Origin: the human T2T-CHM13v2.0 reference genome, Homo sapiens
Assembly: GCF_009914755.1 (NCBI RefSeq)
Contig: NC_060944.1
DNA length: 64,000 nt
Direction: 5' to 3' (one strand)
A program made the translations under genes and the position numbers. Below, one piece after another: positions 19,284-35,643 of this stretch (position 1 is the first letter of the stretch; each line of letters opens with the position of its first letter). The notes under the pieces were generated by a model. The model was not told the origin of the DNA. It did no database searches and worked only from the letters and a program-made list of their open reading frames with translations.

Positions 19284-19992
19284 TATTAAATACTGTTTAA
19301 TGCCTATATGTGTAATTGACAGAAGTTGGTCTGAGACTCCCTTTCATTATAACCAGAGAGCAAGGTTATAATGAGGGGGAGTAACTACCTTTCATTCATT
19401 TCCAACTTCCTACGTGGCCAATCTCCTCTAGCAAAAGGAACCTAAAATTTGTAAATGACCAAACTGGCTAAGGTCAGTAGGCACTCATTATCCTAGAAGT
19501 CAGGTGGCCCTAATATATCTGTGCCACGATGGGCACAGGCATCCTGACTGAGCCAAGGCCTGGAGCCCAGCAGCCCTGAGTGCTGCAACAGCCAGTAATC
19601 TGCTCACTCTGGTTTCTGTCACTTCCCCAGGATCTTCAAGGAGTGGGCTGAAGATCTCTTTTTCTCCAGGAATCTATAGCCCCCTGTACCTCTGCTGGTT
19701 TTGGGGGGATCTCTCTCATGGAGTTTAATGTCTCCTTGCAAGGTATTCACTGTCTCCTCTTTCTAACCACAACCCCTCAAAGGAACCTAAGAGCCCTACA
19801 ACGAAAGACAAGGAAGGAGGCAGCATCTGAGGGCTCTGAGAAGTAAATGACAGCCACAACAACAACAACAAAGATAGTAAAAATATCTTTCACGAATTAA
19901 GGTGAAAGAAAGACATTCTCAGATGAAAAAAAACAAGAAAATTTGCCACCAACAGACCTGCTCTAAAAGAAATGCTAAACAAAGTTCTTCAG

Positions 19993-21822
19993 CTCTCCCT
20001 CTCCCTCTCCCTCTCTCTCTCCCTCCTCTCCCTCTCCCTCTCTTTCCACGGTCTCCCTCTCCCTCTCCCCTCCTCTCCCTCTCCCTCTCTTTCCACGGTC
20101 TCCCTCTCATGCCGAGCCGAAGCTGGACTGTGCTGCTGCCATCTCGGCTCACTGCAACCTCCCTGCCTGATTCTCCTGCCTCAGCCTGCCGAGTGCCTGC
20201 GATTGCAGGCGCGCGCCGCCACGCCTGACGGGTTTTCCTATTTTTTTGGTGGAGACGGGGTTTCGCTGTGTTGGCCGGGCTGGTCTCCAGCTCCTAAGCG
20301 CGAGTGATCCGCCAGCCTCGGCCTCCCGAGGTGCCGGGATTGCAGACGGAGTCTCGTTAACTCAGTGCTCAATGGTGCCCAGGCTGGAGTGCAGTGGTGT
20401 GATCTCGGCTACAACCTCCACCTCCCAGCCGTCTGCCTTGGCCCCCCAAAGTGCCGAGATTGCAGCCTCTGCCCGGCCGCTACCCCGTCTGGGAAATGAG
20501 GAGCGTCTCTGCCTGGCCGCCCATCGTCTGGGATGTGAGGAGCCCCTCTGCCTGGCTGCCCAGTCTGGAAAGTGAGAAGCGTCTCTGCCCGGCCGCCATC
20601 CCACCTAGGAAGTGAGGAGCACCTCTTCCCGGCCACCATCCCATCTAGGAAGTGAGGAGCGTCTCTGCCCAGCCGCCCATCGTCTGAGATGTGGGGAGCG
20701 CCTCTGCCCCGCCGCCCCGTCTGGGATGTGAGGAGCGCCTCGGCCCGGCCGCGACCCCGTCTGGGAGGTGAGGAGCGTCTCTGCCCAGCCGCCCCGTCTG
20801 AGAAGTGAGGAGACCCTCCGCCTGGCAACCGCCCCATCTGAGAAGTGAGGAGCCCCTCCGCCCGGCTGCCACCCCGTCTGGGAAGTGAGGAGCGTCTCCG
20901 CCCAGCAGCCACCCCGTCCGGAAGGGAGGTGGGGGTCAGCCCCCGCCAGGCCAGCCGCCCCGTCCGGGAGGGAGGTGGGGGGTCAGCCCCCCACCCGGCC
21001 AGCCACCCCATCCGGGAGGTGAGAGGCGCCTCTGCCCGGCCGCCCCTACTGGGAAGTGAGGAGCCCCTCTGCCCGGCCAGCCGCCCCGTCCGGGAGGCAG
21101 GTGGGGGGGTCAGCCCCCCGCCCAGCCAGCCGCCCCGTCCGGGAGGGAGGTGGGGGTGTCAGCCCCCCGCCAGGCGAGACGCCCCGTCCGGGAGGGAGGT
21201 GGGGGGTCAGCCCCCTGCCCGGCCAGCCGCCCCGTCCGGGAGGTGAGGGGCGCCTCTGCCCGGCCGCCCCTACTGGGAAGTGAGGAGCCCCTCTGCCCGG
21301 CCACCACCCCGTCTGGGAGGTGTACCCAACAGCTCATTGAGAACGGGCCATGATGACAATGGCGGTTTTGTGGAATAGAAAAGGGGGAAAGGTGGGGAAA
21401 AGATTGAGAAATCGGATGGTTGCTGTGTCTGTGTAGAAAGAAGTAGACATGGGAGACTTTTCATTTTGTTCTGTACTAAGAAAAATTCTTCTGCCTTGGG
21501 ATCCTGTTGATCTGTGACCTTACCCCCAACCCTGTGCTCTCTGAAACATGTGCTGTGTCCACTCAGGGTTAAATGGATTAAGGGCGGTGCAAGATGTGCT
21601 TTGTTAAACAGATGCTTGAAGGCAGCATGCTCCTTAAGAGTCATCACCACTCCCTAATCTCAAGTACCCAGGGACACACACACTCTGCCTAGGAAAACCA
21701 GAGACCTTTGTTCACTTGTTTATCTGCTGACCTTCCCTCCACTATTGTCCTATGACCCTGCCAAATCCCCCTCTGCGAGAAACACCCAAGAATGATCAAT
21801 AAAAAAAAAAAAACAAAAACAA
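19993..21822 (+). mobile_element. Full-length SVA retrotransposon (SVA_D-like), inserted in an old L1 remnant
   Basis: Has a (CCCTCT)n head, antisense Alu-like domain, GC-rich VNTR, SINE-R, AATAAA and poly(A). Perfect 16-bp TSD AAACAAAGTTCTTCAG at 19977-19992 and 21823-21838. Confidence 0.97.
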
Positions 21823-23157
21823 AAACAAAGTTCTTCAGACAGAAGGGAAGTAATACCAGAGGGAAAACTGGAGTTTCAGGAATAAAGGAAGAGCAACAGA
21901 AATGACAAAGAGCAGGCTGGGCATGATGGCTCACACCTGTAATCCCAGCACTTTGGGAGGCTAAGGCGGGCAGATCACGAGGTCAGGAGATGAGACCATC
22001 CTGGCTAACACGGTGAAATCCCATCTCTACTAAAAATACAAAAAATTAGCTGGGCGTGGTGGCGGGCGCCTGTAGTCCCAGCTACTTAGGAGGCTGAGGC
22101 AGGAGAATGGCGTGAACCTGGGAGGTGGAGCTTGGAGTGAGCCAAGATGGCGCCACTGCACTCCAGCCTGGGCGACAGAGCAAGATTCCATCTCAAAATG
22201 ACTAAGAGCTACATAAATAGACTATTTTCCTCTTCTTATGCTAGCTGAAGGCAAAATTTGTAACACTGTCTGAAGCAATTCTCAACATACCTAGATCTAC
22301 AGCATAATGTGGTGGGTAAAGGAACTTGCATGGCAATATGGTTTCTACATTCCACTTCAAGTGGCACAATATTATTTCTAAGTAAACAAAGTTAAATATG
22401 AATACCGTAATCCCTGCAGTAACCACTAAAATACCTATACAAAGATATATAGTCTAAACCTCAATAAATTGATTAAATGGAATACTGAGAAACATTCAAG
22501 AAATCCCAGAAAGAGAAATAAAACCTAATGAACAAAAAGAAAATAACAAAATGATACATCTATATCCAAACATATTAATAGTTACATTAAGTATAAATGG
22601 TCTAAACACACCATTAAAGAGAAGGACTATCAGACTGAATGTTCTTTAAAACAGACCCAAACATATGCTACCTACAAGAAATCTTCTTCAAATATAAGTA
22701 GAAGGATGGAGAAAATACACCATGCAAATAATATTTTTTAATGTGAGACAGCCATATTAATATGAAAAGAGAGAGACTATGGAGTAAAGAAAATTACCAG
22801 AAATAAAGCAGGACATTAAATAATGATTTTTACAAGTCCATTTGCCAAGAAGACACAGAAATCCTAAATGTATACTTGTCCTTAGTGTCAAGAGATGAAA
22901 AAGAGAAGAAGAAGAAACAAATCATTAGATCAACAAAATACATAAAGCCAAAATGGATAGAACTGGCTGGGCGTGGTGGGTCATGCCTGTAATTCCAGCT
23001 CTTTGGGAGACCACGGCAAGAGGATTGCTTTAGCCCAGGAGACCAACCCGAGCAACAAAGCAAGACCTCATCTCTACAAAAAAATCAAAATATTAGCCCG
23101 GCATGGTAGCTGGGTGTGGTGGCACATACCTGTGGTCTCAGCTACTTGGGAGGCTGA

Positions 23158-23361
<204 letters not shown>

Positions 23362-23364
23362 TGA

Positions 23365-23832
<468 letters not shown>

Positions 23833-24648
23833 TAAAAAAAAAAAAAAAGCTGAATAAAATAAAACTTCTTATATCCATCAGAGAACGAGGTCACAAGACA
23901 AACTCCTACCTAAAAACTGAAGAGACAGCGGGCAAATACAGAGATCACAGTTTTACCGAAGCAAAAGCCGAGTAAGCCAATAACTGGTAAAAACACATGG
24001 CAACTGATGATTGCTGGAAGCTGATTATAGACAAGTATAAGAGAAAATCCTGAGGCCCAATCTTTCAGGGTAGGGGCAGGAAGTGACATACTTTCATAAG
24101 TTTTGTTACATCTCCAAAAGCCTCACCAGATTCTCATGATGAAGACTGGAGAATAAAATAAATCCCCCACTCTTCGGACAGGTGGAGAGAGAGAAAAAAA
24201 TAACCATTTTGAAATTCACTCAAAGAAAAGTAACCATTTTGAAAAATGCCCAGAACATTCTGTTTTCCATAACAAAGGCCTTCCATCCAGGAAAACTACT
24301 TTATCAGAACCTTATCTGGCCAAGGGAAAAGGAAAACTTGAAAAATGAAGCCTCCAGTAGCTTTCTGGATAACTTAATGGGGTGGGTGGGTCAGGGGAGG
24401 AAGAGAGAAAGAAAGGAGGGAAGAGGAGGAGGAGGGAGAGGGAAGAGAGGCAGGGAGGGAGGGAGGAAGACAGGCAGGCAGGCAAAGAAACTTCTGAAGT
24501 TCACAGTCCAGGAACTCAGACTTACTAAAAAACTGAGACTCACAGGATTACAGGACATTTTCCTTCCCTAATACCTTACCACCACATCAACAGGGCTGTA
24601 GTATAATCACAGTGAATTACAATGGAGGGGCAAGATAAAAACTTCACT

Positions 24649-25213
24649 TGTAATGGTTAATTTTTGGTGTCATCTTGACTGAATAAAGAAATACGTAGAA
24701 ACCCGCTAGGGCATTATGTTTGGGTGAGTCTGTGATGGTGTTTCCAGGGCAGATTAGCATGGGAGTCTGAGTGGACTAGGTGGGGAAGATTTACCCTCAA
24801 TGTGGGCAGGTACCATCTAATCTGCTGGGGGCCTGGAGAGAACAAAAACAGAGAAAAGGCAAATCTATCTGCTGAGCTGCCATGCACTCTTCCTCTCCTG
24901 TCCTGGAACAACAACTCCAGACTCCCAGCATTTGGACTCCAGGACTTACACTGGCGACCCCCGCAGGCTCTCTGAGCTTTGGCTTCAAATTGAGAGTTAC
25001 ATCATTGGTTTCCCTGGCTCTGAGGCCTTCAGACCTGGCCTCAGCCATGCTATTAGCATCCTAGGACCTCCAGTTGGCAGCCAGCCGGGCACTGGACTTT
25101 TCGGCCTCCACAGTCACATGAGTCAGTTCTCCTAACACACCCCCTCTCACATACCTATTATCCATAAATACACAGACAGATACCCTGTTGGTCTCTCTGG
25201 AGAACCCTCATAC
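24649..25213 (+). mobile_element. MLT2 (ERVL) LTR
   Basis: tgtaatggttaattttt ggtgtcatcttgact...ggggaagatttaccctcaatgtgggcaggtaccatctaatc...ctctctggagaaccct. Confidence 0.8.
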
Positions 25214-26476
25214 ACCACTTAAGGAGTATCTAGAAAAATCCAAAAATAGTTGGGAAACAAAAATGGACACGGGAGGAATATGAAGCCTCTGCCATCTACA
25301 GCTACAATAAACATTAAACCCAGACTAACTGCCAGGCAGAGAAACACAAAACCTCACACTAAAGATCCATTTACTTAAGTTCCTATAGCCCAATCAATAC
25401 ATCATGTCCAGCTTTCAACAAACGATTATAAGATAAATTAAAGTCAAGAAAAAAAAAAAGTCTGAATACACAAAGCAAGCATCAGAACCCACCTCAGATC
25501 TGACAAAGATTTTGCAATGATCAGACTGAGACTTTCAGATAACTATGATTAACATGTGAGGGGCTGTAATGGGAAAAAGTGGACAACATACAAAAAGATG
25601 AGTAAGGTTCATAAAAATATGCAAACTCTAAGAAAGAATCAGAAGAAAATGCTAGAGATCAAAAACATTGTAACAGACCCGGCATGGTAACTCATGCCTG
25701 TAATCCCAGTGCTTTGGGAGGCCAAGGCAGGAGGCTTGCTGGAGCCCAGGAGTTTGAGGCTGCAGTGAGCTATTATTACACCACTGCACTCCAACCTAGG
25801 TGACACAGCAAGACCCATCTCTAAAACAAACAAACAACAACAACAACAACAACAAAAATGAAAACAAAGCAACACCATTGTAACAGAAATGAAGAATGCT
25901 GGCTGGGTGCAGTGGCTCACACCTGTAATCCTACCACTTCGGGAGGTTGAGGCAAGAGGGTCACTAGAGGCCAGGAGTTTGAGACCAGCCTGGGCAACAC
26001 AGTGAGACAAAAAAAATCTAAAAATTAGCCAGGCATGGTGGTGCATACCTATAGTCCCAGGAGTTTGAGGCTGCAGTGAACTATGATCTCACCACTACAC
26101 TCCAACCTGGGCAGCAGAGTGAGACCCTGTCTCAAAAAAAAAATTTTCTTTTAAAAGAGTACCTTTGATGGGCTCATCAGTAGACTGCTCATGGTAGAGG
26201 AAAGAATCAACGAGCTTGAAAATATTTCAATAGAAACTTCACAAACTGAAAAGCAAAGAGAACAAAGAATAGGGGTGGTAGAGTGGAGGAAGAACAGAAT
26301 CTTCAACAGCTATGAGACAATTATCAAAGGTGTAACACATGCATAATGGGAACATTAGAAGTAGAAAGAGAGGAAGAAATGTTTGAAGTAATAATGGCTG
26401 AGAATTTCCCCATACCACAGACTCAGGAAGCTCAGAGAGCACCACACAGGATAATACCAAAAAATCGAGGCCGAGG

Positions 26477-26577
26477 CCTATCATATTCAAATTGGAGAAA
26501 ACCAAAAGAAAGACCTAGACCTATCATATTCAAATTGGAGAAAACCAAAAGAAAGACCTAGACCTATCATATTCAAA
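26477..26577. repeat. 43-bp tandem duplication (about 2.3 copies) within L1 ORF1
   Basis: cctatcatattcaaattggagaaaaccaaaagaaagacctaga occurs twice exactly, followed by a partial third copy. Confidence 0.9.
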
Positions 26578-27514
26578 CTGCAGGAACCCAAAACAAAGAG
26601 AAACCTGAAAGAAGCCAGAAGAAAAAAAACCCTTAGGAGCAAAGTTAAGTATTACATCAGACTTCTCATATACCATGAAGCCAAGAAAAAGATATTCTAT
26701 ATTTTGGGCCATAAAACATATATCAATACATTTAAAAGAATAGAAATAATACAAAATATGCTATCAGACCATAATAAAATTAAATTAGAATTCAGTAATA
26801 GAAAGATGCAACCGAAAATCTCCATGCACTTGAAAATTAAACAACACATCATTTCTCAATAATCCATTGGTCAAAGAGGACATTGCAAGAAAAAAATTAA
26901 ATATATTAAACTGAATGAAATGAAATGCAACATACAAAAATCTGTGGGATACAGCTAAAGCAGTTCTCAGAGGAAAATTTATTATTAAATGCTTATAATA
27001 GAAAAGAAGGGCTTGAATCAATAATTTCAGCTTCCAGCTCAAGTAACTAGAAAAAAAGAGCAAAATAAACTGAAGCAAGCAGAAGAATGAAAATAACAAA
27101 GAGGGGAAATCAATAAAACTGAACGCAGAAAAGTAATAGAAAAAAAATCAGTAAAACCCAAAGCTGATTTTTGAAGTTCAATAAAATTGATAAACCTCTA
27201 GCAAAACTAACGAAGGGAAAAAAAGAGAAAGAATTTACAAATTTTCATTTGTCAGATCTCAAAAAAAAAAAGACAAACTGCCATTATTGGCAATAAAAGA
27301 GAGAATTGTATCTTTACAGATTCTGCAGGCATAATAGGATAATAAACTCCTATTATTTAGGAGTACTAAATAATAGGATACTATAAACTCCACACACATA
27401 AATTCAACAGTTTAGATTAAAAGGACCAATTTCTTTCTTACTTTTTTTTTTTAAAGACAGACTCTCACTCTGTCACCTAGTCGGGAAGAGTAGTGGCCTG
27501 ATCATGGCTCATAG

Positions 27515-27748
<234 letters not shown>

Positions 27749-27750
27749 TA

Positions 27751-28035
<285 letters not shown>

Positions 28036-28095
28036 TCACTTGAGGTCAGGAGTTTCTGAGACCAGCCTGGCCAACATGGTAAAACCCCGTTTCTA

Positions 28096-28272
<177 letters not shown>

Positions 28273-28443
28273 TTAAATTAGAAATAAATTATATAAATTA
28301 AATTAGTAATAGAAAGATACAACAGGAAAATCTACAAACACTTGAAAACCAAACAGCAAGTTTGAATAACTTATCCTGCTGCAGGTGCATACATGCCAAG
28401 GAGTTTATACGTGTTTTTATTAAACAAGATAATTTACATTTAC

Positions 28444-28581
28444 CTGGGAGCGTCTGTGATAATGCTTCCCAAGGGAGCGCCACAGTGCTGGGTTGGAGCA
28501 GCAGTAGGGTGGGATGCTGGTGCAGAAGCCACTGCATGCCTGCAGCTCTTCCACAGCAGCCAGCGGCCCATGTCTCAGAGC
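28444..28581 (-). other. Candidate internal exon (138 bp)
   Basis: Acceptor CTGTCTTGCCCTCCAG| and donor CAG|GTAAAT, in unique sequence. No translation frame is recognisable. Confidence 0.45.
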
Positions 28582-28884
28582 CTGGAGGGCAAGACAGCGA
28601 TGAATGGAAGTGGGCAGGTCACCTCCTCCTGGGAGGCCCTGCAGGAGGCAGGAGAGATGTGGGTGCAGATATGTTCTGAGCGACACCTGAGAGGCCGACG
28701 ACTGGTAACCCAGATTCCCTCAGAGGCAGAAGGCATGGCCTGGTGTGGAGCAAGCACGGAGGCAGGGGAAGCAGCCACAGGAAGAGCAGTCCTTCCTGAA
28801 TGCAGCAGGGCCACAACTGAGCCCCACTACCCTTGTCACTATGGAAATGTCACGACTGTCAAGGAACCACCCAGAGCTTTCTCA

Positions 28885-29222
<338 letters not shown>

Positions 29223-29255
29223 CTAGAAATTGCAGAGAAGAATTCATATAGACAC

Positions 29256-29667
29256 CAATATGGTTTGGATCTGTGTCCTTGCCCAAACCTCATGTTCAAC
29301 TATAATACTCAATGCCGGAGGTGGGGCCTGGTGGGAGGCAACTGGATTGTGGGGGCGGTTTCTCATGGGTAAGCACCATCCCCTTGGTGCTGTTGTCAGG
29401 ATAGTGAGTTCTCATGAGATTTGGTTGTTTAAAGGCATGTGGCACCTCCTCGCTTGCTCTCTCATGCTCCTGCTCCCACTGTGTGAGCCACCTCACTCCC
29501 CACTCGCCTTCCGCCATGATTGGAAGCTCCCTGAGGCCTCCCCAGCAGCAGAAGCCGCTATGCTTCCTATACAGTTTGCAGAACCCTGAGCCAATTAAAC
29601 CTCTCTTCTTTATAAATTACCCAGTCTAAGGTATTTCTTTATAGCAGTGCGAGAACGAACTAATACA
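29256..29667 (+). mobile_element. MSTA-type MaLR solo LTR
   Basis: atatggtttggatctgtgtcc...gaacgaactaataca, with a 5-bp TSD GACAC on both sides. Confidence 0.9.
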
Positions 29668-29720
29668 GATACTTTTTTTTTTTTAGCTTTTCCAAAATGT
29701 CAGAGATCCTGGGCAAGTAG

Positions 29721-30062
<342 letters not shown>

Positions 30063-31958
30063 TGATGACTGCTCTATAAGTAGGTGTTGTCACCATGAAA
30101 GCTCCCCTTTCTCACTCATTAATAAGTAAGCCCCGATGGCTGGCTGGGTGAGGATGCCACAGCTTGCTACGACTATGATGTCTTTACTCCTGTAAGAACC
30201 ACGTCAAAATATCCAGAAAAAGGAAGGCTGATCACGTAAGGGGATAATCTTGCCTTTCATTATAATAAGCAGGTTTCATAGCCACAGTACTGCTCATCAT
30301 TAAGGAAACACAAATTAAAACAACTTAAGAAAGGGTTTCCCTCCCTGTCTCACCAGGGGCAAGGTGTCTGGCACGCCAGGGTCAAGGAGTGGGCCTGTGT
30401 GAGCCTGGCCAGCCCAGACCCTCCAGCACTCCTCGAAGGAGCCTGCTGGGAGGTTGTGATAAGAGAACTCAGTGCACACCTGCCCCAGCAGCAGCCTGAG
30501 TACACAGTGACAGGGCTGCAGGGAGGAAGGAAGGTGGAGACATTTTAGTCCAGAGAGAAGGAAAACAGGAAGACTTGGAAACTCTTCATGGAATGCTATT
30601 TAAAAGTTGCTTTAGGCTGGACACAGTGGCTCACACCTGGAATCCCAGTACTTTGGGAGGCTGAGGCAGGTGGATCACTTGAAGTCAGGAATTTCAGACC
30701 AGTGTGGCCAGCATGGTGAAACTCTGTCTCTACTAAAAATACAAAATTAGCTGGGCATAGTGGCACACGCCTGTAATCCCAGTTACTCAGGAGGCTGAGG
30801 CAGGAGAATTGCTTGAATCCTGGGAGGCAAAGGTTGCAGTGAACCAAGATCACACCACTGCACTCCAGCCTGGTCAAGAGAGTGAGACTCTGTCTGAAAA
30901 AAAAAAAAAAAAAAAAAAAGGTTGCTTTAGCTCAGCAAAAAATCAAAATCCTAACAAAAGGGAAACACATCACGGTATATATTTTCAACAGCACTGAAGC
31001 TAACAGGCCATGTACTGTGTCAACATGCAGACACCTGTCTATAAAAACACTAACCAAGAGAACTCAGCAGAAGCCTAGCACACACAGCTTTCAACTCTGC
31101 AGAACGCATGTGCAGACACAGGAGGACATGAGGACAGACCCTGCAGGGTCACCACAGCATCTTAGTAATACAGTCTGTTCCTTTAAGTTGCCTAAGTTTA
31201 TACTTTTTTGAAGTGTTTGCACATTTTGCCATTCTGAGTAGTTTTTTTTTTTTAATGAGACAATTGTTGCAATTTATTTTTGTTTCAGTCAAGTGACCTT
31301 AAAGGTTGAGGGGAAAAAAAACGGCCCCAGGAGATTTTCTTAACACTCCCTCCCTGGGAGTGCAGTGCTGGGGCCCACTCTCTGAGCTGTCAGAGCCACT
31401 GGAGAGGTGTCTCTACCACTGACCCCTCACTACGGTGCTTGCTTTTGTAATTATCTTTTGGTGATATAAAACTTGTATTTCTTGAGTGCTCATCATGTAC
31501 TGGACACATTCCTAGGCACTTTGGAATTTATCCTTCTGAAGAAGGCACTATTATTACCCATTTTACAGGTGAGGAAATTGAGCCACAGAAGAGGCTAAGC
31601 AATTTGCCCAAGGTCACAGATCTGCTAAGTGAACTCACAGTGAGTGATAACGCCAGAGTTGGAACACAAACCTTTACATACTGCCCCATACCTACTAACA
31701 GCACACAAGCATATAAGGTAGTTTTGATAGTTTTCTAAAAGTTTTTCCATGAAATAAGTACAGGAATTTGATATCCAAAATACACGGAAAATGTCTCTTC
31801 CAGCTCTAAATCAACCTGAAAAGCCCTAGTGTCATGTAAGAATCTGTATTAGTAAACTGAATTATAAGGAAAGAATATTAACTTGCTTCCTCCCCAGAAC
31901 AAAAAAGCAATACTTCAACCAAACATTCCACGTCCCGGTCCATTCTATCCATCTGTTA

Positions 31959-32321
<363 letters not shown>

Positions 32322-33381
32322 TCAAAAAAAAAAAAAAATTAAAGAATAAAATAACATAGCCTATAAAATCTATGCTGAAAAATCCTAAGAACAGTCTACC
32401 CCTTTTCTCATGATTATTCCAACTTTCATATCTGAAATTCCAGCCATGCGATTAGGAGCCTAGAGGCATAACACACAACACTGATGCTCTTCTACGCTCT
32501 CTACACGTATCCTAAAGTGCACAGACTCTGACAGAGGCCTGAATATTTGGGGTTTCTATTTCTAAAGAATGAGCCTGCTGTGAAGGTCAGTGTCAACACC
32601 AACAATTCAAAGGCCCTAAAAGAGGATTCAGAATTGCCTGTCAACCTAAATGTAGATAAAACACAGCAATCTGAGGAGCCCATTGATGGGAAAATTACCA
32701 TATTTTGCTATTGCAACTACTTGAAGTCCATGCCAAACAAAATAAACTAAAATAAAATGTTACAATCCTGGGCTGATGCAGTTTCCCCTGAGTCAACTAA
32801 AAAGACTTTGCATGGAACCATTTCTAAGTCTGACACACATAGAGTTCAAGGTCTGAGGAGACCTGAAAAGTTTCCAACATGGCGGTGACTAGGGACCCTG
32901 GAGCAGACAAGAGCCTGGAGCATCAGGCCATAGCCTGTTCCATACAGCACACCTGTTCCTGGTGGTCAGGAATGAATTCCCTGCAAGCATCCAGTGTAAA
33001 AATCACCCAGAAACAGGAACCAATAAGGGAAAGAAACCTGGGAAGGAGTGTGGGGAGTCAGGAAGCAGAGAAACCAGCCACACCCCTGCCCTTCACTGAC
33101 GTCTGCGCTCAGAGCTGTTTGCCTAAAGTGTATCTGTTATTTGAATGATTCTAGTATAAATGACTGTTTCAAAAGTCCCCTATTTTAAATCACAGAATTT
33201 TAGAGCTTTATGGCACCTTAAATTCCCTTGTCCATTATCTCAACTGACTCAGGAAAACTATTCTCACTTGACAATGGAGAAAATGAAGCACAGACATCTG
33301 GATCCCAAAGTCATTTCAAGAAACAAAGCTAGTGTCTGTGCCATGGCATGGCTGGGCAAGGGCCTTGTGCCCACCACCGTC

Positions 33382-33580
33382 TTTTTTTTTTTTCTAGGAG
33401 AATGCTTTATTAGGCATAAAAATGCCATTGAAATGCTTTAAAATGCAACAGGAGGAGATGTGAAGACCCAAAGAACAAGTACACAGTGACACATGGCTAT
33501 CAGAACACACGAAGTAAAGAATCCACACCGCTTCCACCCTTTACCCAGAAAGGGAAGGATCCAGGCCACCTCCTCCTCAT
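33382..33580 (-). pseudogene. Short retroposed mRNA 3'-end fragment (parent unidentified)
   Basis: The minus strand ends ...CCTAATAAAGCATTCTCCTAG followed by A12, i.e. AATAAA 12 nt before a poly(A). It does not resemble Alu or L1. Confidence 0.6.
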
Positions 33581-34255
33581 GCATGCCCCACTTTACAGGA
33601 AGTGTCCACATCTCCCCTCCTAGACAGGTCCTGGAGCTCCTCCTGTTGGACCTTCTGGGGCCATCGGTGGCTAAATATCAGGTTTCTGTTCCTTGAGGGA
33701 GGAAACAGAGGAAGCACAGATTGGCATGGTAGATAGAGGTGCAGACAGAAATCCAGTCTGGAATATGTTGAGTTTAATGTAGCTACATGGTATGGGGGTG
33801 GAATCCTTGAGTGTAGATGTGGGCATGAGGGGCTGAAAAAATGTCACATGCAAAGCTCCTAGGAGTCTTCTTTTTTCCCACCTCCTCACATAACAGAGCC
33901 AGAGAAAAATACAGTATTTCATCAAATTTGAGATGCCACTAATTCTAAGACAAATGATGACGAAAAACTGCTGTCAAAATGTGACCCAGTGCTAAGATGG
34001 CATCAGTTTTTAAATGTACCCCCAAGTCAAAAATACTATCAAGCAAAGAAAAAAAAAGGTTTATCTTAGAATAGATGAAATATAGTAAACTTTTTATTGG
34101 TTGGAGGTCTTTAGATGGCAGTGAATATAGGACTAGCTTTTTAACTTGTTATTCTGAAAAACTTTCAAATGTATAGAAAATTTAAAAGAATAGGCCAGGT
34201 GCGGTGGCTCACACCTGTAATCCCAGCACTTTGGGAGGCCGAGGCGGGCGGATCA

Positions 34256-34851
<596 letters not shown>

Positions 34852-35460
34852 TCACCACCTGTTTCCACTTTTCCCCTTTACCACAACCATTTTGTCATTT
34901 TCTCTCCCTCACTTCCTCCCTCCCTCCATATCATCTATCTACCCCTGCTCCTCTCCTTCTCCATTTGAAATCGGGTATCAGACTTTGTGCCCCTGTATCC
35001 CTAAATAGTTCAAAATGTATTCACTAAGCTCAAGGAGACAGTCACAGTACAACAAACTAGGGAAATTTGACATTTATACAATCCACCATTCAGATCAAAT
35101 TCTGTCCATGGTGCCAACAATGTCCTTTACAGCTATCTTTTTCACCCCAGTCCAGTTTCCAATTCAGAGACAAGCACTGTACACGGTTTTCCTGTCCCTT
35201 TAAACCAGACCATTTTCTCAGTCTCTGTTTCTGAACTTTGAAGTCTTTGGAGTAGACACAGGCAGGGCGTTATGTAGAATGTCCCAGAGTCTGTCTGGTG
35301 TCTGCACAATTAGATTCAAGGGTGGCAGGAACACCTGGGTCAGGTGTGTCCTTGGCACATCTCATGGGGGGCACAGATGTCTCATAACTGGTGACAGTAA
35401 CTGCAATCGCTTGGTTAGCATGGTGACTGCAGCAGGGTAGTCACCTTTATGTGAGTTTGA

Positions 35461-35643
<183 letters not shown>

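Noticed and set aside
19902-21934. Multiple 100-200 aa ORFs
   Set aside because: All are translations of SVA hexamer, Alu-like, VNTR or SINE-R sequence.
32400-32459. Possible 60-bp minus-strand exon encoding [16 protein letters not shown]
   Set aside because: The donor GG|GTAGAC is weak and the peptide is not recognised, so support is insufficient.
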